Assembly (NCBI GenBank): GCA_016792845.1
Contig: JAEUKH010000043.1
Location: 1-25,845 of the forward strand
DNA: 25,845 bases
DNA from: Myxococcales bacterium
GTDB lineage: Bacteria > Myxococcota_A > Polyangia > Polyangiales > Ga0077539
Direction: 5' to 3'
Every line of letters begins with the position of its first letter. Within the stretch, counting starts at the first letter, position 1. The notes under the pieces are model-generated. The model saw nothing but the letters and a program-made list of their open reading frames with translations, did no database searches and was not told where the DNA came from. Below, in pieces: positions 7,598 through 15,707 of this stretch. Made by a program: the position numbers and the translations under genes.

Positions 7598-7712
7598 CAC
7601 GCGCGGCGTGTTGAACACCGTTCAACTTCAGCGACCCGCCCACGCGCGGCGTGTTGAACACCGTTCAACTTCAGCGACCCACCCAGGCGCGGCGTGTTGA
7701 ACACCGTTCAAC
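7598..7712. repeat. three tandem 43-bp units, each containing the same 17-bp palindrome GTTGAACACCGTTCAAC
   Basis: Palindromes at 7610-7626, 7653-7669 and 7696-7712, with a period of exactly 43 bp. The unit is cacgcgcggcgtGTTGAACACCGTTCAACttcagcgacccgcc. The array begins 22 bp after the permease stop. The stop (TGA on the minus strand, 7708-7710) of the convergent gene lies inside the last copy. Confidence 0.9.
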
Positions 7713-8433
7713 TTGCGACGCCGAGGTCGATGACCCAGGCCTCGGGAGCCCACCGGCGCCAGGTCTCGGCCGGGAGGTTCACCCACGACGACGCGCGGTC
7801 GATCACCAGGCCGTCGGCGCTGGCCACGCAGCCGGCTCCGACGAGCGCCGTGTCGGCGTCGCGCACCATCTCGACCCGGGCCGCACACCCCTGCGCGCGG
7901 GCCCCCTCGCAGGCCGCCTCGCAGAGCGCCCGCACGCGGCCCGAGTTGCTCACCGGCGCGTCGATCCACAGGGTGATCGCGGCCGCCCGGGCTTCGAGCA
8001 GGCAGCGCACCAGCCAGTCGATCGCCGCGGCCGAGTCGTCGACGGTGCGGTAGCTCCCGCGGAGCCCGCAAAGGTCGCGGAGCGCGCCGTCGCGGCCCAC
8101 AAAGCTCGGAGCCCCGCCGCGCAACACCTCAAGGCTCACGAGCGTGTTGAAGAGGTCGACGTCGACCCGCTCACCGCCGAGCGACGCGAGCCCGCGACGG
8201 GTCTTCGCCCGCGAGACGCAGCCCGCGTCGTCGACGCTCATGCGCGACACCGCGAGGCGGGCCCGGGCGTGGAGCTGGTGATGGTCGCCCGCCGCCCGCA
8301 CCGCCGCCTCGCGGGGGTACCCCCGTGACAAGAGCCACGACACCTCTTCGACCGCCGCGCGCAACGCGGGCCGCGAGGCGGTCGAGAAGTGCGAGGCGTC
8401 GTCGGCGTCGGCGCCGCGTCGTCGGTCAGACAT
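7708..8433 (-). CDS. hypothetical protein (weak resemblance to DUF434/DUF5616-type proteins, not verified)
   Basis: Start ATG 8433 (MSDRRRGADADD...). The longer ORF back to 8532 adds an unlikely Arg/Pro-rich leader. Good GC3 bias. Contains SWLLSRGYPREAAV and ITLWIDAPVSNSGRVRAL blocks. Confidence 0.5.
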   Translation of the reverse strand: MSDRRRGADADDASHFSTASRPALRAAVEEVSWLLSRGYPREAAVRAAGDHHQLHARARLAVSRMSVDDAGCVSRAKTRRGLASLGGERVDVDLFNTLVSLEVLRGGAPSFVGRDGALRDLCGLRGSYRTVDDSAAAIDWLVRCLLEARAAAITLWIDAPVSNSGRVRALCEAACEGARAQGCAARVEMVRDADTALVGAGCVASADGLVIDRASSWVNLPAETWRRWAPEAWVIDLGVAS

Positions 8434-8543
8434 GGGGCTCGGAGGGTGGCAGAGGTGACCGGGCCGCGCACCCTGCAAAGCGGGCTCGAATTGTCGCGCG
8501 GCGCGCTTGCATGAGGGCCCGACGGCACGCACGCTCTCGGGCC

Positions 8544-9539
8544 ATGCGGCACGCAGACTTCATTCGCGCGGGGCACCTCGACGAGGCGATGCGGCAGGGT
8601 GTGTTGACCGCGGCGCAGCGCGAGGCCCTCGAAGCCATCGCCCGCTCAGCGCCCGATGCGTCGGCGCGGGGGGCCGACCTCGGGTGGGCCCGGTACGGCT
8701 TCGGGGCCCTCACCGCGGCGGGTCTCGGCGGCCTCGCGGTGGTGTTGCTCTCGCAGCTTCACAGCACGCCCGTGGGTGAGTTCGCGCTCACCGCAGGGCT
8801 CGCCATGGCGGCGCTCGTGGGCCTCGGGGCGCGGCTCCGCAGGCGGGCGCTCTTCGAACCGACCGCGGCGATCGCCTTCGCGGCCGCGGTGGGCCTGAGT
8901 TGGGCCGTCGCCGCGGCGCTCTTTCGGCTCCCCCTCGCCGACGACCCGGTGGGCCTCACCTCACCGCGCGGCTTCCTTCGATGGACGCTCCCGGCTGACG
9001 GCATCATGCTCATGACGGCCTTCGTTCTCGGGCGTCGCTTCGGCGCTCCGACGGTGGCGGTGCCCGCGGGCCTGGCGCTCGGGCACGGGCTCTACCGCGT
9101 CTTCGCCGTGACCGCCGCAGGCGTCTCGCCCCACACCCTGGGCACCACCGCGGTGGCCCTGGCCGGGGTCCTCTCGCTCGCCCTCGGGCTCGCCTTCGAC
9201 CGCGTGCCGGGGCGACGCGATTGGGGCCACTGGTGGCACGCCATGGCGGCGTTCTACCTCACGCTCTTGCCGACCCTGCCCGCGTCCTGGTCGACACCCT
9301 TGGGGCTCGGCGCGGCGCTCGGGCTCGGCGCGCTGACCTTCGGCACCCGGCGATTGAGCTACCTCGTAGGCCTCGCGGGGCTCGCCGCGTTGGTGAGCGT
9401 GCGGGCCCTCGACGGCGCGCCCTTGCTGCTCTCGGCGGCGGCCTGTCTGGGCGTGCTCTGCGGGCTCGGGGCGCTCACCTGGCGTTGGCTGCGGCGCGCG
9501 GCCCTTGCGACCGAAGCCGAGCGCAACCCGTGGTGCTGA
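8544..9539 (+). CDS. hypothetical integral membrane protein
   Basis: ATG 8544 (MRHADFIRAGHLDEAMRQGVLTAAQREALEAIARS...) is followed by 7-8 predicted hydrophobic helices. It is divergent from the 7708..8433 gene. The ORF-track start at 8325 adds an Arg-rich, non-protein-like leader. Confidence 0.55.
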   Translation: MRHADFIRAGHLDEAMRQGVLTAAQREALEAIARSAPDASARGADLGWARYGFGALTAAGLGGLAVVLLSQLHSTPVGEFALTAGLAMAALVGLGARLRRRALFEPTAAIAFAAAVGLSWAVAAALFRLPLADDPVGLTSPRGFLRWTLPADGIMLMTAFVLGRRFGAPTVAVPAGLALGHGLYRVFAVTAAGVSPHTLGTTAVALAGVLSLALGLAFDRVPGRRDWGHWWHAMAAFYLTLLPTLPASWSTPLGLGAALGLGALTFGTRRLSYLVGLAGLAALVSVRALDGAPLLLSAAACLGVLCGLGALTWRWLRRAALATEAERNPWC

Positions 9540-9547
9540 GGCGCTCA

Positions 9548-9563
9548 CCTACCGATCGGTAGG
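9548..9563. repeat. 16-bp perfect palindrome CCTACCGATCGGTAGG at a convergent gene junction
   Basis: Read directly. It sits 9 bp after the stop of the 8544..9539 gene. It contains the TAG stop and the last four codons (PTDR) of the minus-strand gene 9549..10256. Confidence 0.85.
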
Positions 9564-10256
9564 CGGCCTGAGGCGCCACACGCCCGGCACCTCCGCGCGA
9601 GCCTCGACGACCTCGCTGCCGTACCGCGGGTGGTAGAAGCGCAGCTGCGGGCGCTGCGCGTCGACGAGCTCGCCGAGCGCGACCCCCGAGAGCACGAATT
9701 GCCCCTCGCTGTCGGTCACCGCGAAGACCGATGGGCGCTGCCACCCCCAACGGCCGTACTGCCTCCGCTCGGCCTCGACCCGCACGCCCGCGACGGCCGC
9801 GCCGGTGACCGCGTCGCGCACCTGCCCTCGAAACGAGGCCCCCTCAGCGACATCGAGGCGGACCCCCGAGGCCCGCTCGCCCGGCCCGAGGCTGAGCGCG
9901 TCGTAGTTGCCCCCGAGGGTCGAGTGCTGAAACAGGCCCGCGGCGCCCGCGCGACCCGCGAGGCTGTAGTGCCGACGCGCGTCGAGGCGGAGCCCCGCGA
10001 TGCGAAAGCGCCCCCCCGCGAGGGTCACCCGCACCGGCATCGCGCCCTCGTCGGGCTGATCGAGGCGGCGCCAGCTGAGCGCGAAGGTGGCCGCCTCGCC
10101 GGGCCCCGTGCGCCCCGAGACCCAGCCCTCGATCGCGCAAGTGCCCGCGGGCTCGGCACCCGCCGCGATCTGAAACGGCGCCTCGCGGCGACACCCCAGA
10201 ATCGCCACGAGGCTCAGCCCGAGGCTCAGCCCGCCCGTCGTTCGCCCCCGATGCAT
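9549..10256 (-). CDS. lipoprotein with carboxypeptidase-regulatory-like (CarbopepD_reg-type) beta-sandwich domain
   Basis: Start ATG 10256 (MHRGRTTGGLSLGLSLVAILGCRREAPF..., lipobox LGC). The segment VTDSEGQFVLSGVALGE is typical of carboxypeptidase regulatory-like domains. C-terminus is ...RPPTDR-stop. Confidence 0.55.
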   Translation of the reverse strand: MHRGRTTGGLSLGLSLVAILGCRREAPFQIAAGAEPAGTCAIEGWVSGRTGPGEAATFALSWRRLDQPDEGAMPVRVTLAGGRFRIAGLRLDARRHYSLAGRAGAAGLFQHSTLGGNYDALSLGPGERASGVRLDVAEGASFRGQVRDAVTGAAVAGVRVEAERRQYGRWGWQRPSVFAVTDSEGQFVLSGVALGELVDAQRPQLRFYHPRYGSEVVEARAEVPGVWRLRPPTDR

Positions 10257-10320
10257 CACCGCAGACGGTACACCCTTCTCGCCGGGCGAACAGCACGGCA
10301 CACTCTCAAGTCAACGCACC

Positions 10321-11319
10321 ATGAGCGACTTTTACCGCGCGTCGTACCTCACCCCCAATCACGACGGCTGGGAGCTCATGCTGCGCCGGACCCGCCGCGC
10401 CGACCTGCCCGAGGGCCCCGCGTCGCCGGTCTTGATCGTGCCCGGATACGGCATGAACGCGTTCATCTTCGGCTTCCACCCGAGCGGTCGGAGCCTCAGC
10501 GAGCACCTCGCGTGGCGCGGCCTCGATGTGTTCACGGTCGACCTCCGGGCCCAGGGCGACAGCGTGGCGGTCTCGCGCGAGGCCAGGCGACACCCGACCC
10601 GCGGGTTCGGCCTCGCGGCGCTCTCGGGCGTCGACCTCACGGCGGCGCTCGACCAGATCCGCGATCTTACGGGGCGCCCGCGGGTGAGCGTGATCGGCGC
10701 CTCGCTCGGCGCGACCTTGGTCTTCGCGCACCTCGCCCTGGTCGGTCCGAGCCTCGTCGACCGGGTGGTCAGCCTCGGGGGCCCGCTGCGGTGGGAGTCG
10801 GTTCACCCCATGGTGGCCCTCGCGTTCTCGTCTCCGCGGCTCGCCGGGGCCCTTCATTTTCGCGGCACCCGTCGGCTCGCGGCGGCGGCCTTGCCCTTGC
10901 TCACCCGCGCGCCCTCGCTCCTGCGGCTCTACGTCAACGCCGAGGTGAGCGACCTCTCGCGGGCCCAGGAGATGGTCGCCACGGTGGCCGACCCCATCGC
11001 GCAGGTGAACCGCGAGATCGCCGAATGGATCGCAGCCCGCGACCTCGTCCTCGACGGGCGCAACGTCACCGAGGGCGTGCGCGCGAGCGAGCACCCTTTG
11101 CTGTGCGTGCTCGCCAACGCCGACGGCGTGGTGCCCCAGGCCACCGCACGGAGCCCCTTCGACCAGAGCGGCAGCCGCGACAAATCGCTGCTCGTGGTCG
11201 GCGACCCGGCGCACCCTTACGCCCACGCCGACCTCTTCATCGCCCGCGAGGCCGAGGCCAGGGTCTTCGAACCCATCGCGCGCTTCCTCGCGACGCCGAC
11301 GCGCCCTACCGATCGGTAG
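10321..11319 (+). CDS. alpha/beta-fold hydrolase
   Basis: Nucleophile elbow G-x-S-x-G (VIGASLGAT) in the expected context, with an upstream LIVPGYGMN oxyanion-region block. Strong GC3 bias. C-terminus is ...TRPTDR-stop, with the TAG inside the second palindrome copy. Confidence 0.7.
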   Translation: MSDFYRASYLTPNHDGWELMLRRTRRADLPEGPASPVLIVPGYGMNAFIFGFHPSGRSLSEHLAWRGLDVFTVDLRAQGDSVAVSREARRHPTRGFGLAALSGVDLTAALDQIRDLTGRPRVSVIGASLGATLVFAHLALVGPSLVDRVVSLGGPLRWESVHPMVALAFSSPRLAGALHFRGTRRLAAAALPLLTRAPSLLRLYVNAEVSDLSRAQEMVATVADPIAQVNREIAEWIAARDLVLDGRNVTEGVRASEHPLLCVLANADGVVPQATARSPFDQSGSRDKSLLVVGDPAHPYAHADLFIAREAEARVFEPIARFLATPTRPTDR

Positions 11320-11321
11320 GG
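11304..11321. repeat. 18-bp perfect palindrome CCCTACCGATCGGTAGGG (second copy of the CCTACCGATCGGTAGG element)
   Basis: Read directly. It contains the stop codon of 10321..11319 and lies 14 bp before the stop of the convergent gene 11335..11655. Confidence 0.85.
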
Positions 11322-11334
11322 CGACACCCGCGGT

Positions 11335-11655
11335 TCAGTGCCAGGCGCCGCGGATTCGGTCGTACACCGAGTGGGCCACCGCCTCGCTCGGCCCCGACAC
11401 GCTCAGGGTCGAGACCTGATCGACGCAGATGCTCACCACCACATACTCGCCCGCGTGCCCGGTGACGATGTGCGAGCCCTGGTTGATGCTCACCTGCGTG
11501 AGGTGCGACACCGCGTAGGCCGCGGCCGCGCCGCTCATGCACGCCTCGGCGTTGGCCTCGTGGCGCCACCACCCCGTCCACGTATTGGTCGCGTGTGCAA
11601 GAACCGGAACCGCCACCAGCGCACACAGCAACGAACCCAGCACAATCTTCTTCAT
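11335..11655 (-). CDS. small secreted hypothetical protein
   Basis: Clear Sec signal peptide: MKKIVLGSLLCALVAVPVLAHA. 106 aa. The codon third positions in the 5' part are noticeably less GC-rich than neighbouring genes. Confidence 0.5.
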   Translation of the reverse strand: MKKIVLGSLLCALVAVPVLAHATNTWTGWWRHEANAEACMSGAAAAYAVSHLTQVSINQGSHIVTGHAGEYVVVSICVDQVSTLSVSGPSEAVAHSVYDRIRGAWH

Positions 11656-11776
11656 ATCGCGGGCTCTACACCGCAGCCCTCCCCATCACAAGACCGCGCG
11701 CTTGATTTGCAGCCCCCGCCTTCGGTGCGGCGCGCCTTGCGTGAGGGCCCGCGGCGGGTCAGCGTTGGCCCCGACG

Positions 11777-12142
11777 ATGAAGATTCTGTTCGTGTGCAGC
11801 CGCAACCGACGGCGCAGCCTCACCGCCGAGCATCACTTCCGCGCGACCCCGGGGCTCGACGTGCGCTCGGCCGGCACCTCTGACGCGGCGCGGGTTCGGG
11901 TCACCGCCCCGATGCTCGCCTGGGCCGACCTCATCGCCGTGATGGAGAAGCGCCACCGCGCTCAACTCGACGCGCGCTTCGGCGACCTCGTCGACCCCTC
12001 GCGGGTGGCGGTGCTCTACATCACCGACGACTACGAGTACGGCGACCCGGCCCTCATCGCGCGGCTCGAAGCGACCCTCGCCCCGATCCTCGCCCGGGGC
12101 GAGCCCGAGGCGCCTCCTCTCGACCCGTCGGAGGGTGTATAG
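11777..12142 (+). CDS. low-molecular-weight protein-tyrosine-phosphatase-fold protein (COG4551-like predicted phosphatase)
   Basis: Start ATG 11777 (MKILFVCSRNRRRSLTAEHHF...) carries the C-x5-R P-loop (CSRNRRR) of the LMW-PTP/ArsC fold. It ends 11 bp before the CDF transporter gene. Confidence 0.55.
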   Translation: MKILFVCSRNRRRSLTAEHHFRATPGLDVRSAGTSDAARVRVTAPMLAWADLIAVMEKRHRAQLDARFGDLVDPSRVAVLYITDDYEYGDPALIARLEATLAPILARGEPEAPPLDPSEGV

Positions 12143-12153
12143 CGTCGCCCGCG

Positions 12154-13056
12154 ATGGCGCTCACCCCCGCAGAGAAGATGGCCCGGTACAGCCTCGCGAC
12201 GGGCGTGGCGGTGCTGGGGCTCAAGACCCTCGCCTGGCGGCTCACGGGCTCGGTGGCCCTGCTCTCAGACGCCCTCGAATCGATCGTCAACGTGGTGGCC
12301 TCGCTCGCGATGGCCGTGGCGGTCTCGATCTCGCAGGCGCCGCCCGACGACGACCACCCCTTCGGGCACGGCAAGGCCGAGTACCTCTCGGCGGTGCTCG
12401 AGGGCGTGCTCATCGTGGTGGCGGCGGGCATGAGCGTGTTCGCCGCGGCGGGGCGAATTCTGCACCCGCGGCCCCTTGAGGCGGTCACCGTCGGCGCGCT
12501 CGTCTCGGCGGCGGCGACGGGGCTCAACGGGCTCCTCGCGTGGCGGCTGATGGCAGTCGGGCGCCGCGTTCAGTCGCCCGCGTTGATGGCCGACGGCAAG
12601 CACATCGTGAGCGACGTGATCACCACCGCGGGCGTGCTCTTGGGCGTGCTGGTCGCGCGCTTGACCGGGCGCTGGGTGCTCGACCCGCTCCTCGCCATCG
12701 CAGTCGCGCTGAACATCGTCTCGATGGGCTGGCACCTCATCCGCGAATCGATCGGCGGCCTGATGGACGAGGTGCTCGACCCCGCCGTGGTCACCGCCCT
12801 CCGCGCCAAGGCCGAGGCGAGCGCGCGGGCCGCGGGCGCCACGGGCATCGAGGCCCTGCGCTGGCGACGCGCGGGGCCCTACACCTGGCTCGCCGCGGTG
12901 GTGCGGGTGCCGGGCGCGATGCGCGTCGACGCGGCCCACGCCATCTGCGACCAGATCGAAGCCGCCCTCGCGGCCGATGAGCCGAAGTTGCAGGTGATGC
13001 TCCACGTCGAGCCCGACCCCGTAGCGCCCCCTCAGGGCGGCGCAGGCGCGGCGTAG
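12154..13056 (+). CDS. cation diffusion facilitator (CDF) family divalent-metal efflux transporter
   Basis: ALLSDALESIVNVV (TM2 signature), HPFGHGKAEY and the C-terminal cytoplasmic domain are typical of CzcD/FieF-type CDF proteins. Confidence 0.85.
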   Translation: MALTPAEKMARYSLATGVAVLGLKTLAWRLTGSVALLSDALESIVNVVASLAMAVAVSISQAPPDDDHPFGHGKAEYLSAVLEGVLIVVAAGMSVFAAAGRILHPRPLEAVTVGALVSAAATGLNGLLAWRLMAVGRRVQSPALMADGKHIVSDVITTAGVLLGVLVARLTGRWVLDPLLAIAVALNIVSMGWHLIRESIGGLMDEVLDPAVVTALRAKAEASARAAGATGIEALRWRRAGPYTWLAAVVRVPGAMRVDAAHAICDQIEAALAADEPKLQVMLHVEPDPVAPPQGGAGAA

Positions 13057-13220
13057 GCGGGTCGCGGCGAGGCCGGGCTCACCACCACCGTCGTCGTGGT
13101 CGCGACGCCGCTGCGGGTCTCGACGGCCCGCCCCCGGCCCCTCCGCCCGCGCACCACACACGCTTCTGCACTTGTGAGCACGAGCGCTGCGATGAGGCCC
13201 GAAAATAGCTTCTGAAGCAT
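13032..13220 (-). CDS. possible small secreted peptide (speculative)
   Basis: ORF of 62 aa with a signal-like N-terminus (MLQKLFSGLIAALVLTSAEA) and a Thr/Val/Pro-rich tail. No homology recognised. It could be a non-coding 3' region. Confidence 0.2.
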   Translation of the reverse strand: MLQKLFSGLIAALVLTSAEACVVRGRRGRGRAVETRSGVATTTTVVVSPASPRPAYAAPAPP

Positions 13221-13284
13221 TGCGGCTGAGAGTTATCGCACACCCTTTCAAGCCGCGCGATGCTGTGGGATACATCGCGCCCCC

Positions 13285-14736
13285 ATGAGCGGCGACACGA
13301 GTGACAAGGTCGAGGGCTTCGCGGCCCTCTTCGAGCAATCAGCCAAGAGCACCCCGAAACAGCAGCGGGTGGCCGTTGGCGCGCGCATCGAGGCGAAGAT
13401 CGCCCGCATCTCGAAAGACGCGATCTTTGTAGACCTCGACGCGAAGCGCCAGGCATGGATCGACCCCATCGAGCTCCAAGGCCCCGACGGCGCGGTCACC
13501 GTTCAGGTGGGCGAGACGCTGGTGGCGCATGTGGTCGAGGTCGACGGCCGCTCGGGCACGGTGAAGCTCGGGCGCTCTCTCGGCAAGGCCACCGACGTGT
13601 CGTCGCTTCTCTTGGCGCGCGAGCAGGGCATCGCCATCGAGGGCAAGGTGGTGGGCGTCAACAAGGGCGGCATCGAGGTCGAGGTGGCGGGCATCAAGGC
13701 CTTCTGCCCCACCTCGCAGGTCGACCTGCGCCCGGTCACCGACGCGGCGAGCTTCATCGGGCAGACGCTGAAGTTTCGCGTGACCGAGGTGCGTGAGGGC
13801 GGCCGCAGCGTGGTGCTCTCGCGGCGCCAGGCCCTCGAAGCCGACGCGCGCGAGGCCTCAGAGCGGGTGCTCCGCAACCTCGCCCCGGGCCAGACGGTGC
13901 GCGGTCCGGTGACGGGCATCCGCGAGTTCGGCGCCTTCGTCGACCTCGGCGGCGTCGAGGGGCTCGTGCCCGCGAGCGAGCTCTCGCACGAGAGCCACCT
14001 TCGCCCTGCCGACGTGGTGAAGCTCGGCGACGTGGTCGAGGTTCAGGTCAAAGACATCAAGCCGACCGACAAGGGTCAGACCCGCATCACGCTCTCGCTC
14101 AAGGCCCTCTCGGCCGACCCGTGGGGCGCCCTCAGCACCCTCGCGCCTGTGGGCCGCGTGCTGGCCGGCACGGTCACCCGCACCACCGATTTTGGCGCCT
14201 TCGTGCGCATCGCCGCGGGGGTCGAGGGCCTCTTGCATGTGTCAGAGCTCGGGGCCCGCGAGAAGGCCGCGTCGCGCTTCAGCGGCGGCGAGCCGGTGCT
14301 CGTGGTGGTGAAGTCGGCCGACGCCAAGGCGCGCAAGGTCTCGCTCGCCCTCGCGCCCGAGGGTTCGGCCGTGGGCGGCGCCGTGGCGGCCTCGCGGGTC
14401 GTGCCGGGCGCCATCGTCAAGGCCGTGATCGAGAAGCACGAGGCCTTCGGGGCCTTCGCGCAGATCGAGGGCACCCAGGGCCGCGCGGGCCGCGGGCTCA
14501 TCCCCATTGCCGAGCTCGGGTTGCCGCGCAACGCCGACGTTCGCAAGCTCCTGCCCGAGGGCACGGCGGTCACCGCCAAGGTGCTCGAAGTGGGCGAAGG
14601 CCGCATGCGCTTCTCGGTGCGCGCGGTGCGCGAAGACGAAGAGCGCGCCAACTACGAAGGCTATCAGCGCGGCACCGCCACGGCGGGCAAGATGGGCACC
14701 CTCGGCGACCTCTTCGCCAAGAAGCTCAAGAAGTAA
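13285..14736 (+). CDS. multi-domain S1 RNA-binding protein (30S ribosomal protein S1-like)
   Basis: The N-terminus FAALFEQS... resembles the RpsA N-terminus. It is followed by five or six S1 (OB-fold) repeats, for example GPVTGIREFGAFVDLGGVEGLVPASELS, GTVTRTTDFGAFVRIAAGVEGLLHVSELG and AVIEKHEAFGAFAQIEG. At 483 aa it is shorter than canonical RpsA (about 560-570 aa), so a paralogue is possible. Confidence 0.8.
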   Translation: MSGDTSDKVEGFAALFEQSAKSTPKQQRVAVGARIEAKIARISKDAIFVDLDAKRQAWIDPIELQGPDGAVTVQVGETLVAHVVEVDGRSGTVKLGRSLGKATDVSSLLLAREQGIAIEGKVVGVNKGGIEVEVAGIKAFCPTSQVDLRPVTDAASFIGQTLKFRVTEVREGGRSVVLSRRQALEADAREASERVLRNLAPGQTVRGPVTGIREFGAFVDLGGVEGLVPASELSHESHLRPADVVKLGDVVEVQVKDIKPTDKGQTRITLSLKALSADPWGALSTLAPVGRVLAGTVTRTTDFGAFVRIAAGVEGLLHVSELGAREKAASRFSGGEPVLVVVKSADAKARKVSLALAPEGSAVGGAVAASRVVPGAIVKAVIEKHEAFGAFAQIEGTQGRAGRGLIPIAELGLPRNADVRKLLPEGTAVTAKVLEVGEGRMRFSVRAVREDEERANYEGYQRGTATAGKMGTLGDLFAKKLKK

Positions 14737-14887
14737 CACGCCCCGCAACGCCTCCTCCGGGGCCCGTCGAGGGCCGCCGGGGGGCGTCCTCCCCCCATTC
14801 TCCGGCCGATGACCGCGCAGCCCAAATGAGACGCGCCCCGGAGGTCGCCCGCGCGACCCGCCGAGGCGCACCGCGAGGCCGTGCCGC

Positions 14888-15544
14888 TCAGTCGACCGGA
14901 GGCGAGAAGGCCGCGCCGGCGTTGTAGAGCTGCGCGATCGCGCCGAGCCCGACCACGACGAGGAAGGCGAAGAACACCAGCGAGATCACCTGCATGCGCC
15001 GCGCGGCCTGGGGCGAGGCCGCGAGGCCGTTGATGAAGAACGAGGTGTAGACCCCGTTGGCGAGGTGATACGCCGTGCCGAGCACCCCGAGCACGTACAC
15101 CATGGTGGTGGGCGGGTGATGGCGCATGTGGGCCGCGAGGTCTTCGAAGGTCTCGTGGGTGCCGTTGAGGGCCGGCTTGATGCGCGCGAGGGTGATGTGC
15201 GCCGCGAGGAAGCCCAAGAGCCCCACCGCCGAGACCCGCTGCACGATGTACTTCAGGTTGCCGAAGTACGAATACTTGTTCACCGAGGCCATCTTGAGGC
15301 GCCGGAGGCCCCAAAGGGTGTGAATCACCAGCGGCGCGAAGACGACCAGGCTCGTGACGACAGAGCCCGCCGCGCTGCCTGAGAAGTACGTGTGCTGCCA
15401 CGCCTCGTCGCTGCGTGACGCCACGAGGTTTTGCCAGAGATGCCACGTCGTCCAAACGCCGAGGGGCGCCAGCGCGAGCACCGAGCCCAGCCGAGGAAAC
15501 AACACAGAACCCGTCGGATTTTCGTGCACAGCCGCTTCAGACAT
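14888..15544 (-). CDS. succinate dehydrogenase/fumarate reductase cytochrome b558-type membrane subunit family protein (orphan)
   Basis: Alignment by eye to B. subtilis SdhC: FPRLGSVLALAPLGVWTTWHL against YFRRLHSLLGVIPVGIFLIQHL; YSYFGNLKYIVQRVSAVGLLGFLAAHITLARI against YSYMRNWLFVLQRVTGIITLIFVSWHVWETRI; VYVLGVLGTAYHLANGVYTSF against FYIVGVLSTIFHFSNGLWSF. Five helices with the conserved His residues. No sdhA or sdhB gene is adjacent. Confidence 0.65.
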   Translation of the reverse strand: MSEAAVHENPTGSVLFPRLGSVLALAPLGVWTTWHLWQNLVASRSDEAWQHTYFSGSAAGSVVTSLVVFAPLVIHTLWGLRRLKMASVNKYSYFGNLKYIVQRVSAVGLLGFLAAHITLARIKPALNGTHETFEDLAAHMRHHPPTTMVYVLGVLGTAYHLANGVYTSFFINGLAASPQAARRMQVISLVFFAFLVVVGLGAIAQLYNAGAAFSPPVD

Positions 15545-15707
15545 TGCGTGACCTCTGAATCAATCGCCTGCCGCGCGCCCAGCGAGAGGGCGCCTCGGCC
15601 TCGTTTCGCCGCGCAACAAAGCACAACGGCCGCCGGGTCTGCAACCCAGCGACCGTTCGAGCGCAGTCGATTTCTCGTGATGGCTGGGCCGCCGAGGACC
15701 CCAGACC

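Noticed and set aside
4904-7618. Long minus-strand ORFs (4904..6064, 5451..6089, 6194..7618) across the palindrome-bracketed operon
   Set aside because: Their translations are Ser/Arg/Pro/Glu-rich low complexity. The plus-strand frames have far better GC3 periodicity, start/stop coupling and a recognisable permease.
9630-11465. 611-aa plus-strand ORF, Arg/Pro-rich
   Set aside because: It is an antisense or out-of-frame artefact of high GC. It overlaps two well-supported genes (9549..10256 minus, 10321..11319 plus) and has low-complexity RP/RG composition.
14737-14887. GC-rich inverted repeats between the convergent S1 and cytochrome b genes considered as an intrinsic terminator
   Set aside because: Short stems such as GGTCGC-ccg-GCGACC exist, but there is no U-tract. 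A terminator cannot be supported from sequence alone in this GC range.
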